DNA of 64,000 nt from a bacterium (GTDB lineage Bacteria; J088; JAWLBW01), in the NCBI GenBank assembly GCA_041690355.1, contig JAWLHK010000019.1, positions 1 to 64,000 of the forward strand, in the 5' to 3' direction. A model generated the notes under the pieces. It searched no databases and was not told where the DNA came from. It saw only the letters and a list, made by a program, of their open reading frames with translations. Numbering within the stretch: the stretch's first letter is position 1; every line of letters begins with the position of its first letter. Below, one piece after another: positions 9,521 to 18,426 of the stretch. Made by a program: the position numbers and the translations under genes.

Positions 9521-10757
9521 CTCTCTCGATGGGTTGTCTGCCGGCGGCGGCGAGCAGCACGGCTTCGAGTTTGCGGGCCAGGGCGGTGCGATCGAATTCC
9601 TCGTCGGCCGCGCGACGGGCCGCCGCCCCCAGCGTGCGCAGACGTGCGGAGTCACCGAGAAGAGCATGAAGCTCGCGCGCCGCGGCGGCCGGGGCGTCGT
9701 TGGGAACCACGATGCCGGCGCCCGCCCGCTGCAGCATCTCGGCCTGCCAGCCCCCGTAGTTGATCAGGACCGGCGTGCCCGAAGCGAGCCCGTCGAACAG
9801 CTTGTTGGGCGACCCTTCCCAGAGCAGCGGATCGGGTCCCAGAAGAACCGTAGAGACCGTGGCGGCCGACAGCAGACCCGGCATCTTCTCCTTCGGGATC
9901 GGGCGCTCGAGCCAGAAGTTCTGCCCGAGCACCCCGAGTTCCCGCGCCCGCTTCTCGATGGCGTCGCGCTCGTATCCGTCGCCGATGACCAGAAAACGGA
10001 CCGACGGATCCAGCGACTTCATGTGGGCCGCCACTTCGGCCAGATAGCCGACGGCGTTGGCCTTGCCCAGCGTCCCCGCATAGCAGACCAGCGGGCCGCC
10101 GCGCAGATGCGGATAGTCCGCAAGAAACGCTTCGCCGGCTTCAGGGCCCACCTTGAAGCGCTCGTTGTCGGCGCTGTTCGGGATCACGGCGATCCGATCC
10201 GCCGGATACCCGGTGCGCTCGATTCCCGCCTGAATGGCCGGCGACAGCGCGACGACGCGAGCGGATCGATGATAAGCGAAGTGCTCGAGCACGCGTGCGG
10301 CCTTCACCAGAAGCGGATTCTTCAGGGCCCCCATGGCGATCGGCAGGTCGGGCCAGAGGTCGCGCACTTCGAAGACCATGGGGATCCGATGGCGCACGCT
10401 GGCGAGGAATCCCGGTACCGCGATCGTGAGCGGGGTACTGGTCGCGAAGATCACGTCGGGGTTGCCGCGCAGCGCCTCGAGGCCCGAGCGCAGCGCGAAC
10501 TCGCCGAACGCGAGCAGGCGCCGGCTGTAGCTCATCCGGTTCGAGTAGTCAGAACGGATGGCGACGACGTCGATGCCGTCGAGCGTAAGGGTGTTGCGCG
10601 GGGCGGTCAGCCCGTACCGCGCCGGAAAATAGGCCGTCGAGGTGACCATCGTCACCCGATGGCCCGCCGCGACCAGCCGGCGCGCCATCTCGTAGGAACG
10701 GGTGCCCCCGCTCGCATCGGGCGGAACGAAGTACTGGTGAAGGTAAAGAATATGCAT
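9492..10757 (-). CDS. Family 4 glycosyltransferase (WbuB-like)
   Basis: MHILYLHQYFVPP..GGTRSYEMARRL, ATSTPLTIA, FEVRDLWP, YAGTLGKAN, SPNKLFDGLASG. Confidence 0.92.
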   Translation of the reverse strand: MHILYLHQYFVPPDASGGTRSYEMARRLVAAGHRVTMVTSTAYFPARYGLTAPRNTLTLDGIDVVAIRSDYSNRMSYSRRLLAFGEFALRSGLEALRGNPDVIFATSTPLTIAVPGFLASVRHRIPMVFEVRDLWPDLPIAMGALKNPLLVKAARVLEHFAYHRSARVVALSPAIQAGIERTGYPADRIAVIPNSADNERFKVGPEAGEAFLADYPHLRGGPLVCYAGTLGKANAVGYLAEVAAHMKSLDPSVRFLVIGDGYERDAIEKRARELGVLGQNFWLERPIPKEKMPGLLSAATVSTVLLGPDPLLWEGSPNKLFDGLASGTPVLINYGGWQAEMLQRAGAGIVVPNDAPAAAARELHALLGDSARLRTLGAAARRAADEEFDRTALARKLEAVLLAAAGRQPIERDVTPDRAPV

Positions 10758-10806
10758 GGAAAACGCGGCGGCTCTCCGCCGGGAAAGCCCCCGGGCCGAA
10801 ACCGAC

Positions 10807-10836
10807 ATTGTATCGGCCCGCGCCGACCCCCTTCAA
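10807..10836 (-). promoter_or_regulatory. Putative internal sigma70 promoter upstream of the GT4 gene
   Basis: TTGAAG-18 nt-TACAAT. Confidence 0.45.
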
Positions 10837-12062
10837 GTCGGCGCGGAGGCGACCGGCTGCGGATCGGGAGAGGACGAGCCTACGCGCAGCGGAAAACCGG
10901 CGCCGGCAAGGTGCAGGGCGTGGCCCGCAATCAGAAAGAACAGGACGCCGACCTCGCCGTCATAAAGATTCAGCTCGGTCAAACCGGCGACGACCATGGC
11001 GACAATCAGGGCTTCGCCAAGCCGCGCCGGACGCCCCCGGCTTCGGACAAACCCGAGAAACAGCCCCAGGTACAGCAAGAAGATCCCCGCCAGCCCGACT
11101 ACGCCCCCCTCGGCCAGCATGTGGAAGGGGACGCTGTGAGCGTGCCCCGCGGTCGCCTTGACGCCGGGGGGTACATAATCGGCGATTTCCTTCTTGAAGC
11201 GCCCTGGGCCCACCCCCGTCACGGGGTGATCGCCGGCCATGCGGGTCGCCGCCTTCCAGAGTTCCACGCGGTAGCCGATGTTGCGCCCGGCCTGCATGTC
11301 TTCGTCAATCTTCGCCATGCGGGCCCGCGTGGTCGGCAGCGCGAGAACCATAAGGCTGAAGATCACGAGCGCCGTGACCACGTAGCCGCGCCCGCGCCGG
11401 AAGCGGAAAACAGCCCAAACCCCCGCCGCGATGCCCCCCATCCAGGCCCCCCGCACGCCGCTGAGGGCAAGCATGAGCGCCGCAAGCGTCCAGCACGCAG
11501 CGGCTGCCCAGCGGGGCATCTTCACCAGCGCAGGCAGAAAGAGGGCGAGCATCATGACGCCCCCCTGGGTCATGGCGAGTCCCAGAAACGAACCCGTGCG
11601 CAGATTGGCGCCGTAGCGAATGGAGCGGTTGATCAGGCCGTCGAGCCACGCGAGCGAAACGCCTGCGACCTCGAGAATGCCGACGACGGAATTCGCGGCA
11701 AGGGCGACGAGCGGAATCACCCAGGCCCGGCCTGCGGGGCGTGCAAGAACGCCGGTTGCCGCCCAGACGAGCGCCAACATGCGCCAGTCCTTCGCGATGT
11801 AGCGGAAGCTGTGAGCGGGGTCCGGCGAAAATCCGGCGGCCACGATACGGCTGAGCAGGTACCCGCCGAGAAGTACCAGCCAGAGACGGTTTCCGGGAAG
11901 AGAGTAGCGGCGCAGCCAGAGGCCGGCGGCGGCCAGTACGAGCCCGGCGCCGAGAGCCGCGTTTACCGGCGCGATACCGAGAAAACAGGCGGCAAGCAGA
12001 CCGTACGCAGCCCAGATTTCCATCCGGGCGGCGGTCCGAATGGTCGGGGCCGTCTCAGTCAC
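10833..12062 (-). CDS. O-antigen ligase family (Wzy_C) membrane protein; WaaL or O-oligosaccharyltransferase candidate
   Basis: Multiple TM helices; LSGVRGAW, RVELWKAA..HPVTGVGPGRF, HAHSVPFHMLAEGGVVG. Confidence 0.85.
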   Translation of the reverse strand: MTETAPTIRTAARMEIWAAYGLLAACFLGIAPVNAALGAGLVLAAAGLWLRRYSLPGNRLWLVLLGGYLLSRIVAAGFSPDPAHSFRYIAKDWRMLALVWAATGVLARPAGRAWVIPLVALAANSVVGILEVAGVSLAWLDGLINRSIRYGANLRTGSFLGLAMTQGGVMMLALFLPALVKMPRWAAAACWTLAALMLALSGVRGAWMGGIAAGVWAVFRFRRGRGYVVTALVIFSLMVLALPTTRARMAKIDEDMQAGRNIGYRVELWKAATRMAGDHPVTGVGPGRFKKEIADYVPPGVKATAGHAHSVPFHMLAEGGVVGLAGIFLLYLGLFLGFVRSRGRPARLGEALIVAMVVAGLTELNLYDGEVGVLFFLIAGHALHLAGAGFPLRVGSSSPDPQPVASAPT

Positions 12063-12880
12063 AAAGTAGCCTGAAGCCGCTTATTTCCGGCGCTGTGGCG
12101 CGCCGCTTCAAGGAGAAGCGCAATGAAAGCGCCCGTTACGAGGCCCAGGATCAATGCTGCAGCCAGAATCAAGGCGCGCATGGGACGCGCCGGGCCCTCC
12201 GGAGCGACCGGTTGCGACGCAAGCTTGGGAGGATGCTCGAGAAGGTCTTCCAGAACGACCTGACGGTCGGCAAGCTGGTTCTGAATCAGTGCAATGTTCT
12301 GCTGGAGTGACGACTGCTCGTAGATGTGCGTGAGAACCGCCATCTCGCCGCTCCGGGACGGGACGCCGCGGGTTTCGAGGTGCCGCAGAGAGGTCCTCGC
12401 GTTCTCGAGTACCTCGCGCATGGTCTCGATGCGGCTCGTTTCTACGGCGATGATCTTGTCGTAACGTGCCCGCAGGTCTGTCAGAAGCCGTCCGGAAGCC
12501 TCGCCGGCAAACGCCTTCACGCTTTCGGGGTCTTTACCCTCCACTACCATGGAAAGAAAAAGGTCAAGATTCCCTTTCCCCGCCTTGAACACCGAGACTT
12601 CATAGACCCTGGGGAAGGGCCGTTTCTCAGGCGAGCGCTCTTCGAGCTTGTGCTCAAGACTCAGCCTCGACAGCAACGAATCGGCGTTCTCGATGGGGTC
12701 GCCGGGGCGTTTGAAGCCGATTTCGACCACTGCCGTCGCCTCATAAATGGGTTCCGCAAAAAGCGTATAGAGCAGCCCTGCGAGAACAAAAACCGAGGTG
12801 CTCGTGGCGATGACCCATTTGCGGCGAGCGATGAAGCGAAGGAGATCAAACAGGTTCAGTTCTTGGGAATCGAGAGACAA
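12059..12880 (-). CDS. Wzz-like polysaccharide chain-length determinant
   Basis: ELNLFDLL..RKWVI-TM1..PIYEATA, coiled coil, P-x-x-P-x-x-P followed by a Gly-rich TM2. Confidence 0.8.
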   Translation of the reverse strand: MSLDSQELNLFDLLRFIARRKWVIATSTSVFVLAGLLYTLFAEPIYEATAVVEIGFKRPGDPIENADSLLSRLSLEHKLEERSPEKRPFPRVYEVSVFKAGKGNLDLFLSMVVEGKDPESVKAFAGEASGRLLTDLRARYDKIIAVETSRIETMREVLENARTSLRHLETRGVPSRSGEMAVLTHIYEQSSLQQNIALIQNQLADRQVVLEDLLEHPPKLASQPVAPEGPARPMRALILAAALILGLVTGAFIALLLEAARHSAGNKRLQATL

Positions 12881-12952
12881 GTTTTACTCACGGTTGTGCG
12901 GTCACCGAAAGGAGACAGGATATCAGAAATGAACTCGCCCGGAAAAACGGCT

Positions 12953-15058
12953 TCATGCGCCGGTAGCGGAAACCGTCGCACGGTTGACAATCCCTGATGT
13001 GCCGGGTTGCCATCCGACGGAAAACTTCACCCGTTGACCCGAATGAAGAAACTGAACACCGTCCGGGTGAACCACGGCTTCCTCGCCGCCAAACACCGTC
13101 ACGACGTGCCACAACCGGGACCGGATGTTCCCCTGGAGGCGCCAGGCCGCTTTACGCTCGAGGTAACGGCGAGAAATCCATGCAGCGGGACCCGTGTCCG
13201 CACCGCCTTGGATCAGGCGCCACTCTACCGCCGGAAAAGATGCAATGGTAATGGAATAGGGAAGGCCGCCGACCTCGCCTTCGAGGCGCCGTTCGGCCTC
13301 CCGAAACACCGCGCCGGCAGGCAGGTCCAGATTCCAACCCATCTCCATGCTCAGGTCGGCGTCAGCCTCGAGCGCATCGAGAACCACGTACGCATCCCGG
13401 AAGCGGAACACGCCGCGCCTCTGGCGCACGGGAACTGGTCCGCGCAGAAACGCGTCGTGCTCGAACTCGACGTACTCCACATCTCCCTCTGCGAAATCGG
13501 CGATCTTCGTCGAGCTGACCCAGTCATACCAGAGAAAGCGCGACCCGCGCCGCATCTGTTCACGCCCCTGCGGGGCGGCGACGTTATGCACGGCCGTCGA
13601 CACCAGGCTGTTGTTCCACGGCGGCGGCGAATTGTAGGAATAGGTTCCCGGATCGAAAGCCAGGTTTACCCCCCGAACACGCAGGTCGACATGCAGGTTG
13701 TCGCATTGCGACGGACGCGTCCGGTAGGTCGTCGCGCGCAGAAACGCACAGGAGTCGGGTCCGCGCAGCGTATAGTAGCCGCTGGTTTCTGCCCGGAGCG
13801 AAGGAACCGGGGGCGGGGTCGAAGCCGCTCCGTGTGGCATCGAGTCAACGCCCGACAGCCACAGAACGATCTCGTCGTGCGCCCCCGCGGGAAACGGCGG
13901 AGCCGCTTGAAGCGCGTACCCGGCCAGCTGCAGCGATGGACGAAAGTCGGGATAGTCCGACGACGCGAGCGCGAACAGGCGGGCGCCGTCGTTGGCGCCG
14001 TAGTTCGGCAGTTCGCCCGTGGCCGGATCGAGGAGTGCGGAGAGGAAGTCCGCGGACCGGCGCACGGCGTCTCGAATATCGTCTGCCAGCCGGACGTTCG
14101 CGGCGCGGCTCGCCAGGAGCGTCCAGGACAACAGGTCGAGCGCCAGACGATGGTAATTGAGGGACTGTTGAATATACCCCCCGTCGGCGGCGAACTGCTC
14201 GCGCACGAGCTCCCGGAGAAGCCGGGCACCGGTTTTACGCCAGTGCGCGGCGCGGGGATGGCGGGCAAGGACGATGCCGCCGGTCAGCAGACCGATGGCC
14301 TCACTGAGCCCGTGGTTGTTGCGCTGCGAAAGCGCATACGTGATATTCGCTTCCACGCGGTGCACGCTCGCCAGCAGGGCGCGTCCCAGCATCCGCTTTC
14401 GCTCGGGCGTCGTCGCCGAGGTCGGCTCGAGCATCGCCGTGGCCAGCAGCCAGGAGATCATGCGCAGGCTCGTCTCCTGCCCGCATTTCCAGTTCGGCCC
14501 CCGGTTCGGCGGGTTGGCGGCCATCCAGCTCTCGAAGGCCTGCCAGAACCCCTCGGCGAACCGCTCGTCGCCCGTGGCCGCGTAGGCGCGGGCGAGCGTG
14601 TGGCCGAAGGTAAACCGCGAAGGTTCCCAGACAGTCTTGATGTCACCGAGCGTGGGAGAAAGATCGGGGACCTGTGTCCAATGGCAATCGGCAGGGAATT
14701 CAGCGCCGGTCAAGGCATGCGCGTGCCAACGGGGCGGAAATCCGACGTCGAAGACGGGCCCCGAAAAATAGCGGATGCGCCCGGCGAGAATCTCTTCTCC
14801 TTCGCGCACAATCGCGGCGGCATCGACGCCCAGCGTTTCAAGGTACCGACGATATTCCTCGGGTTCCCCCACCGGGCGGACCCAGGGAACCAGGATTTCG
14901 CCGTCATAGCCGGCAACCGCTTCCCAGGCAGCGACAGGGGTCCGGCGCCGGAGGATCCCCGCGCGAAGTTCGGCTTCGTAGCGTAGCCGTCTGCGCAGAC
15001 CGCGAACGCCGAAGGTCCGCACGGTGGTCCAGGAATCGCGCAGAAACGCCATCGGCAA
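12953..15058 (-). CDS. Heparinase II/III-like protein with no signal peptide
   Basis: GDIKTVWEPSRF, ANPPNRGPNW, SQRNNHGLSEA, DGGYIQQSLNYHR, PNYGANDGA, DPGTYSYN, HN. Confidence 0.85.
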   Translation of the reverse strand: MPMAFLRDSWTTVRTFGVRGLRRRLRYEAELRAGILRRRTPVAAWEAVAGYDGEILVPWVRPVGEPEEYRRYLETLGVDAAAIVREGEEILAGRIRYFSGPVFDVGFPPRWHAHALTGAEFPADCHWTQVPDLSPTLGDIKTVWEPSRFTFGHTLARAYAATGDERFAEGFWQAFESWMAANPPNRGPNWKCGQETSLRMISWLLATAMLEPTSATTPERKRMLGRALLASVHRVEANITYALSQRNNHGLSEAIGLLTGGIVLARHPRAAHWRKTGARLLRELVREQFAADGGYIQQSLNYHRLALDLLSWTLLASRAANVRLADDIRDAVRRSADFLSALLDPATGELPNYGANDGARLFALASSDYPDFRPSLQLAGYALQAAPPFPAGAHDEIVLWLSGVDSMPHGAASTPPPVPSLRAETSGYYTLRGPDSCAFLRATTYRTRPSQCDNLHVDLRVRGVNLAFDPGTYSYNSPPPWNNSLVSTAVHNVAAPQGREQMRRGSRFLWYDWVSSTKIADFAEGDVEYVEFEHDAFLRGPVPVRQRRGVFRFRDAYVVLDALEADADLSMEMGWNLDLPAGAVFREAERRLEGEVGGLPYSITIASFPAVEWRLIQGGADTGPAAWISRRYLERKAAWRLQGNIRSRLWHVVTVFGGEEAVVHPDGVQFLHSGQRVKFSVGWQPGTSGIVNRATVSATGA

Positions 15059-15062
15059 CCGT

Positions 15063-17204
15063 TCAGCCGGCGTTCTCGACGGCGTCGAAGCTGGCGCGGG
15101 TCACTTCAAAGATCTCTTCCGCGGGAATCGGCGCGGGGGTCTTGCCGCGCACCGCATCCAGAAAGGCCTCGACGCCGGCCGCGTGCCCCTTATCCTGCGA
15201 CATCAGGCGCTTCTTCTTGAACCCCTTCACCCCCCACGCGTCGAGCGCGCGGAAGTTGTCGAGCGCATAGATGCGGCCGGCCGCAAAGACTTCCAGGCGT
15301 TCCTTGGGGAACCCCTTGTGGCCGTTGGCGAAGTAATGCACGGTGCCGATGGATCCGTCTTCGAAGCGGAGCGTGATGGTCATCTTGTCTTCGGTCACGG
15401 CGAGGGCGTCGCTGCGCACCTTCATGGTCTGCACCTGTGCAATCGGCGCAGCGGCGAGATGGCGCAGCAGGTCGATGAAGTGGCAGGCTTCACCGATGAT
15501 GCGTCCGCCGCCGACGTCGCGATCGTGCACCCAGTGGTTCGCCGGAATGTCGCCGGCGTTGACGAGCATCGTAAACGTCTTGGGCTCGCGCACGGCGTCG
15601 AGCGACTTCTTGAGCGCAATCGTCAGCGGCGAGAAACGGCGGTTGAAGCCGACGCCGAGCACGGGGCCCTTCTCTCCGCCGGCTTCCCGCCAGGCCGCTT
15701 CGACGGCCGCCAGCTCTTCGCGGGTCAGGGCGAGCGGCTTCTCGACGAAGACGTGCTTGCCGGCCTTGAGCGCGCGGATAGCCAGATCGGCGTGGCTGTC
15801 GTGGCGCGTCAGGATGAAAACGGTATCCACCTCGCGGCTGCCGAAGACTTCGTCGACGTCGCTGGCGGCCGTGCGGAACCCGGCCGAGCGGGCCGTGAGC
15901 GCACTGTTGAGCCCGCCGCTCGAGACGATCATCTCCAGCGAGGCGTCGGCCTTCTTCAACGCCGGAATGAGCACCTGCCGCCCATAGTTTCCGGCGCCGA
16001 TGACGGCGACCGCGGGGCGATCAGTGCGGCGCGGTGCCTCCGAGACGGAAACCACCCGTTCGAGCAGCTTCTCCTTCGGTTCTCCCGCGGGCCGTTCGTA
16101 CTGGAGCACGATGCCGAGCGAGTCGCCGCCGCCCACGAGCAGATCGTAGGCCTTCGGCGCCTCGGCGAAGGGGAACCGGTGCGAAATCAGGCTCTCGAGC
16201 GCCAGCTTCTTCTCGGCCAGCATGTCGAGCACGGCTTCAAAATTGCGTTCGGCGGTCCAGCGCACGAAACCGATGGGGTAATCGAGCCCGCGCTGTTCGT
16301 AGTTCGCGTCGTAGCGGCCGGGACCGTAGGAACACGAGACCTGGAACGAAAGCTCCTTCTCATAGAAATCCTGGCGCTTCAGCTCCAGCCCCGTGACCCC
16401 GACGAGCACGATGCGCCCGCGCTTGCGGCACATCGAGGCTGCCTGGTGCATGGGTTCCGACGAGTCGGTGGCGGCGGTCACGAGCACGCCGTCGACGCCG
16501 CGCCCCTTCGAGAACTGCAGGGCGGCCGCGACCGGATCTTCGCCGGCGGCCAGATTCACCGTGTCGGCGCCGAAGGAGCGGGCCATCGCCAGCCGGTCGG
16601 CCGAGAAGTCGGCGCCGAGCACACGGCATCCCTGGGCGCGCAGAAGCTGCACGGTCACGAGCCCGATGAGGCCGAGCCCCATGACCACGAACGATTCTCC
16701 CAGCTCGGGCCGAGCGAGGCGCATCCCCTCGAGGCCGATGGAGGCGAGCACCGTGAAAGCGGCCTGCTCGTCGGGGATCTCGGCGCCTTCGGGAATCTTC
16801 GCGCACAGATTGCGCGGCACCATGACGAGTTCCGCATGCGGACCGTTGGAGACGACGCGATCGCCGGGACGCAGGTCTTCGACCCCTGCGCCCACCTCAA
16901 CGACGACGCCGGCATTGCAATAGCCGAGGGGAATCGGCTGCGCCAGCTTCGACCGCACAGCCTCGATCGTCGGCATGAGTCCGTCGGTGCGCACCTTTTC
17001 GAACACCTGGGCGACCTTATCCGGCTGCTGGCGCACCTTGTTGATCAGGTTCGCGCGCCCGAAGTCGAGCAGCATGCGTTCGGTACCGGCCGAGAGCACC
17101 GAGGCCGCGGTCCGAATGAGCACGTGGCCGCGGGCGGGCCGGGGGGCGGGCACGTCGAGCAGTTCGACGGCGCCGGAATCGAGAGACTGGACAATCTGCT
17201 TCAT
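15063..17204 (-). CDS. Bi-domain oxidoreductase (MDR-type dehydrogenase fused to Gfo/Idh/MocA)
   Basis: SAGTERM, PLGYCNAG, GLGLIG, SCSYGPGRYD; IGAGNYG, GKHVFVEKPLA, VGFNRRF, GGGRIIGEACHFID. Confidence 0.92.
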   Translation of the reverse strand: MKQIVQSLDSGAVELLDVPAPRPARGHVLIRTAASVLSAGTERMLLDFGRANLINKVRQQPDKVAQVFEKVRTDGLMPTIEAVRSKLAQPIPLGYCNAGVVVEVGAGVEDLRPGDRVVSNGPHAELVMVPRNLCAKIPEGAEIPDEQAAFTVLASIGLEGMRLARPELGESFVVMGLGLIGLVTVQLLRAQGCRVLGADFSADRLAMARSFGADTVNLAAGEDPVAAALQFSKGRGVDGVLVTAATDSSEPMHQAASMCRKRGRIVLVGVTGLELKRQDFYEKELSFQVSCSYGPGRYDANYEQRGLDYPIGFVRWTAERNFEAVLDMLAEKKLALESLISHRFPFAEAPKAYDLLVGGGDSLGIVLQYERPAGEPKEKLLERVVSVSEAPRRTDRPAVAVIGAGNYGRQVLIPALKKADASLEMIVSSGGLNSALTARSAGFRTAASDVDEVFGSREVDTVFILTRHDSHADLAIRALKAGKHVFVEKPLALTREELAAVEAAWREAGGEKGPVLGVGFNRRFSPLTIALKKSLDAVREPKTFTMLVNAGDIPANHWVHDRDVGGGRIIGEACHFIDLLRHLAAAPIAQVQTMKVRSDALAVTEDKMTITLRFEDGSIGTVHYFANGHKGFPKERLEVFAAGRIYALDNFRALDAWGVKGFKKKRLMSQDKGHAAGVEAFLDAVRGKTPAPIPAEEIFEVTRASFDAVENAG

Positions 17205-17243
17205 GAACGCCTGAAATTCCGGAGGAGGACGGAGAAACCAACC

Positions 17244-17252
17244 AGTCTAACA
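17244..17252 (-). promoter_or_regulatory. Putative extended -10 promoter of the oxidoreductase sub-operon
   Basis: TGTTAGACT (TGnTAnnnT) about 40 nt upstream of ATG 17204. Confidence 0.4.
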
Positions 17253-17316
17253 CACCGGGACCCTGGAGGTCCCACGGTGGGATGGCGGGCGCCCGGGGTG
17301 GCCTCGGGTGCGGCTT

Positions 17317-17354
17317 GGGACTGGGGAGACTGGGGAGCATGGGGGACTGGGGGG
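17317..17354 (+). repeat. G-tract repeat with ~9-bp period (G-quadruplex-capable)
   Basis: GGG ACT GGGG AGACT GGGG AGCAT GGGGG ACT GGGGGG in the intergenic region. Confidence 0.7.
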
Positions 17355-17451
17355 CGGCGCGTGCTCGCTGCGCGGCCCCCACGGCGGTGCACCATGTGCT
17401 CGATGACGCCCCCGGGGGAGTATTCCGTGACGGAAGTCCTTGAGCAAACCC

Positions 17452-18426
17452 TTACGCGAGCGGCGCGGCGCCCTCTCCGTCCGGCCTCGACGCCGTCCAC
17501 GGCTCGAACCGGGCCAGCGCGAGCGCCAGCAGCAGCGGCGCCAGCGGCACGAGAAGACGCACTTCCTTCCAGATCCCGAAGACCAGAATGCTTCCCCCAT
17601 AGGGAATCAGAATCCACGCGACCCGGCGCAGAAACGGATGCGCCTGCCGGATGCCTGCCGGAAGGAAGGTCCACGCGATCCCCAGGAAGAGCGCGATCTG
17701 CGGAATCGATTTCCCCAGATGCACCCCGGATAGATTCCGCTTCGCGATGGAGCCGAGCGTGTGCACATGCTCGGCCTGGCCGAGCCCCAACCGGAGTCCC
17801 ACGAGAATCCCGATGCAGGCCGCCAGAGTTCCCAGGGCGACGGGAAAGCCGAAGCCCTGCGGCGAGGCGTCTCGCCGGGAGAACCAGGCGACAATCACGG
17901 CCGTCAGCGGGAGAAAGATGCCGGTCTCGCGGTTGAGTACCGCGATCAAAGAAACCAGCGCAAACCATCCAGCCTTCCGCTCGTAAAGCAACAGCAGGCC
18001 CAGCGGAAAAAGGGCGGCCTCGAGCCAGGACCACGGCTGGAACCCGTGGTCAAAAAACGCCAGCGGCATCAGCGCGACGAAGAAGAGGGTCGCGACCAGC
18101 GCCCCACCCTTCGAGTACCAGCGGCGCAGGAAGGCGAAGAGCGTCAGTACGAAGGTGTTGAAAACGACCGCATCGTAGATCGAATACGCGGCGAGAAACG
18201 CGTTCTTCCGCGTCGTGACCAGATCGAACAGGCGGGTCAGCCCCTCCATCAGATAGGGGACGAGCACCCGATAGCGATAAGGGGAATCCGCCGTCCCGGC
18301 GAGGATGGAATCGTGCAGGGTCTGCCGCATCCCATAATGCGGCACCTGCACCTGCATGGCGTACTTGTAGGTGAGAGCCAGGCCGATGCTGACCAGCAGC
18401 AGGCGGATGGGAGCCTTGCCTTTCAT
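17452..18426 (-). CDS. Polytopic membrane protein, possible GT-C-fold glycosyltransferase
   Basis: About 9 hydrophobic segments; PYRYRVLVP in the first external loop and LNRETGIF; coupled to the upstream gene by an ATGA overlap. Confidence 0.7.
   Translation of the reverse strand: MKGKAPIRLLLVSIGLALTYKYAMQVQVPHYGMRQTLHDSILAGTADSPYRYRVLVPYLMEGLTRLFDLVTTRKNAFLAAYSIYDAVVFNTFVLTLFAFLRRWYSKGGALVATLFFVALMPLAFFDHGFQPWSWLEAALFPLGLLLLYERKAGWFALVSLIAVLNRETGIFLPLTAVIVAWFSRRDASPQGFGFPVALGTLAACIGILVGLRLGLGQAEHVHTLGSIAKRNLSGVHLGKSIPQIALFLGIAWTFLPAGIRQAHPFLRRVAWILIPYGGSILVFGIWKEVRLLVPLAPLLLALALARFEPWTASRPDGEGAAPLA

Noticed and set aside
17201-18034. 277-aa minus-strand ORF bridging the intergenic gap
   Set aside because: Arg/Gly/Pro-rich with no motifs, and out of frame over the membrane-protein gene
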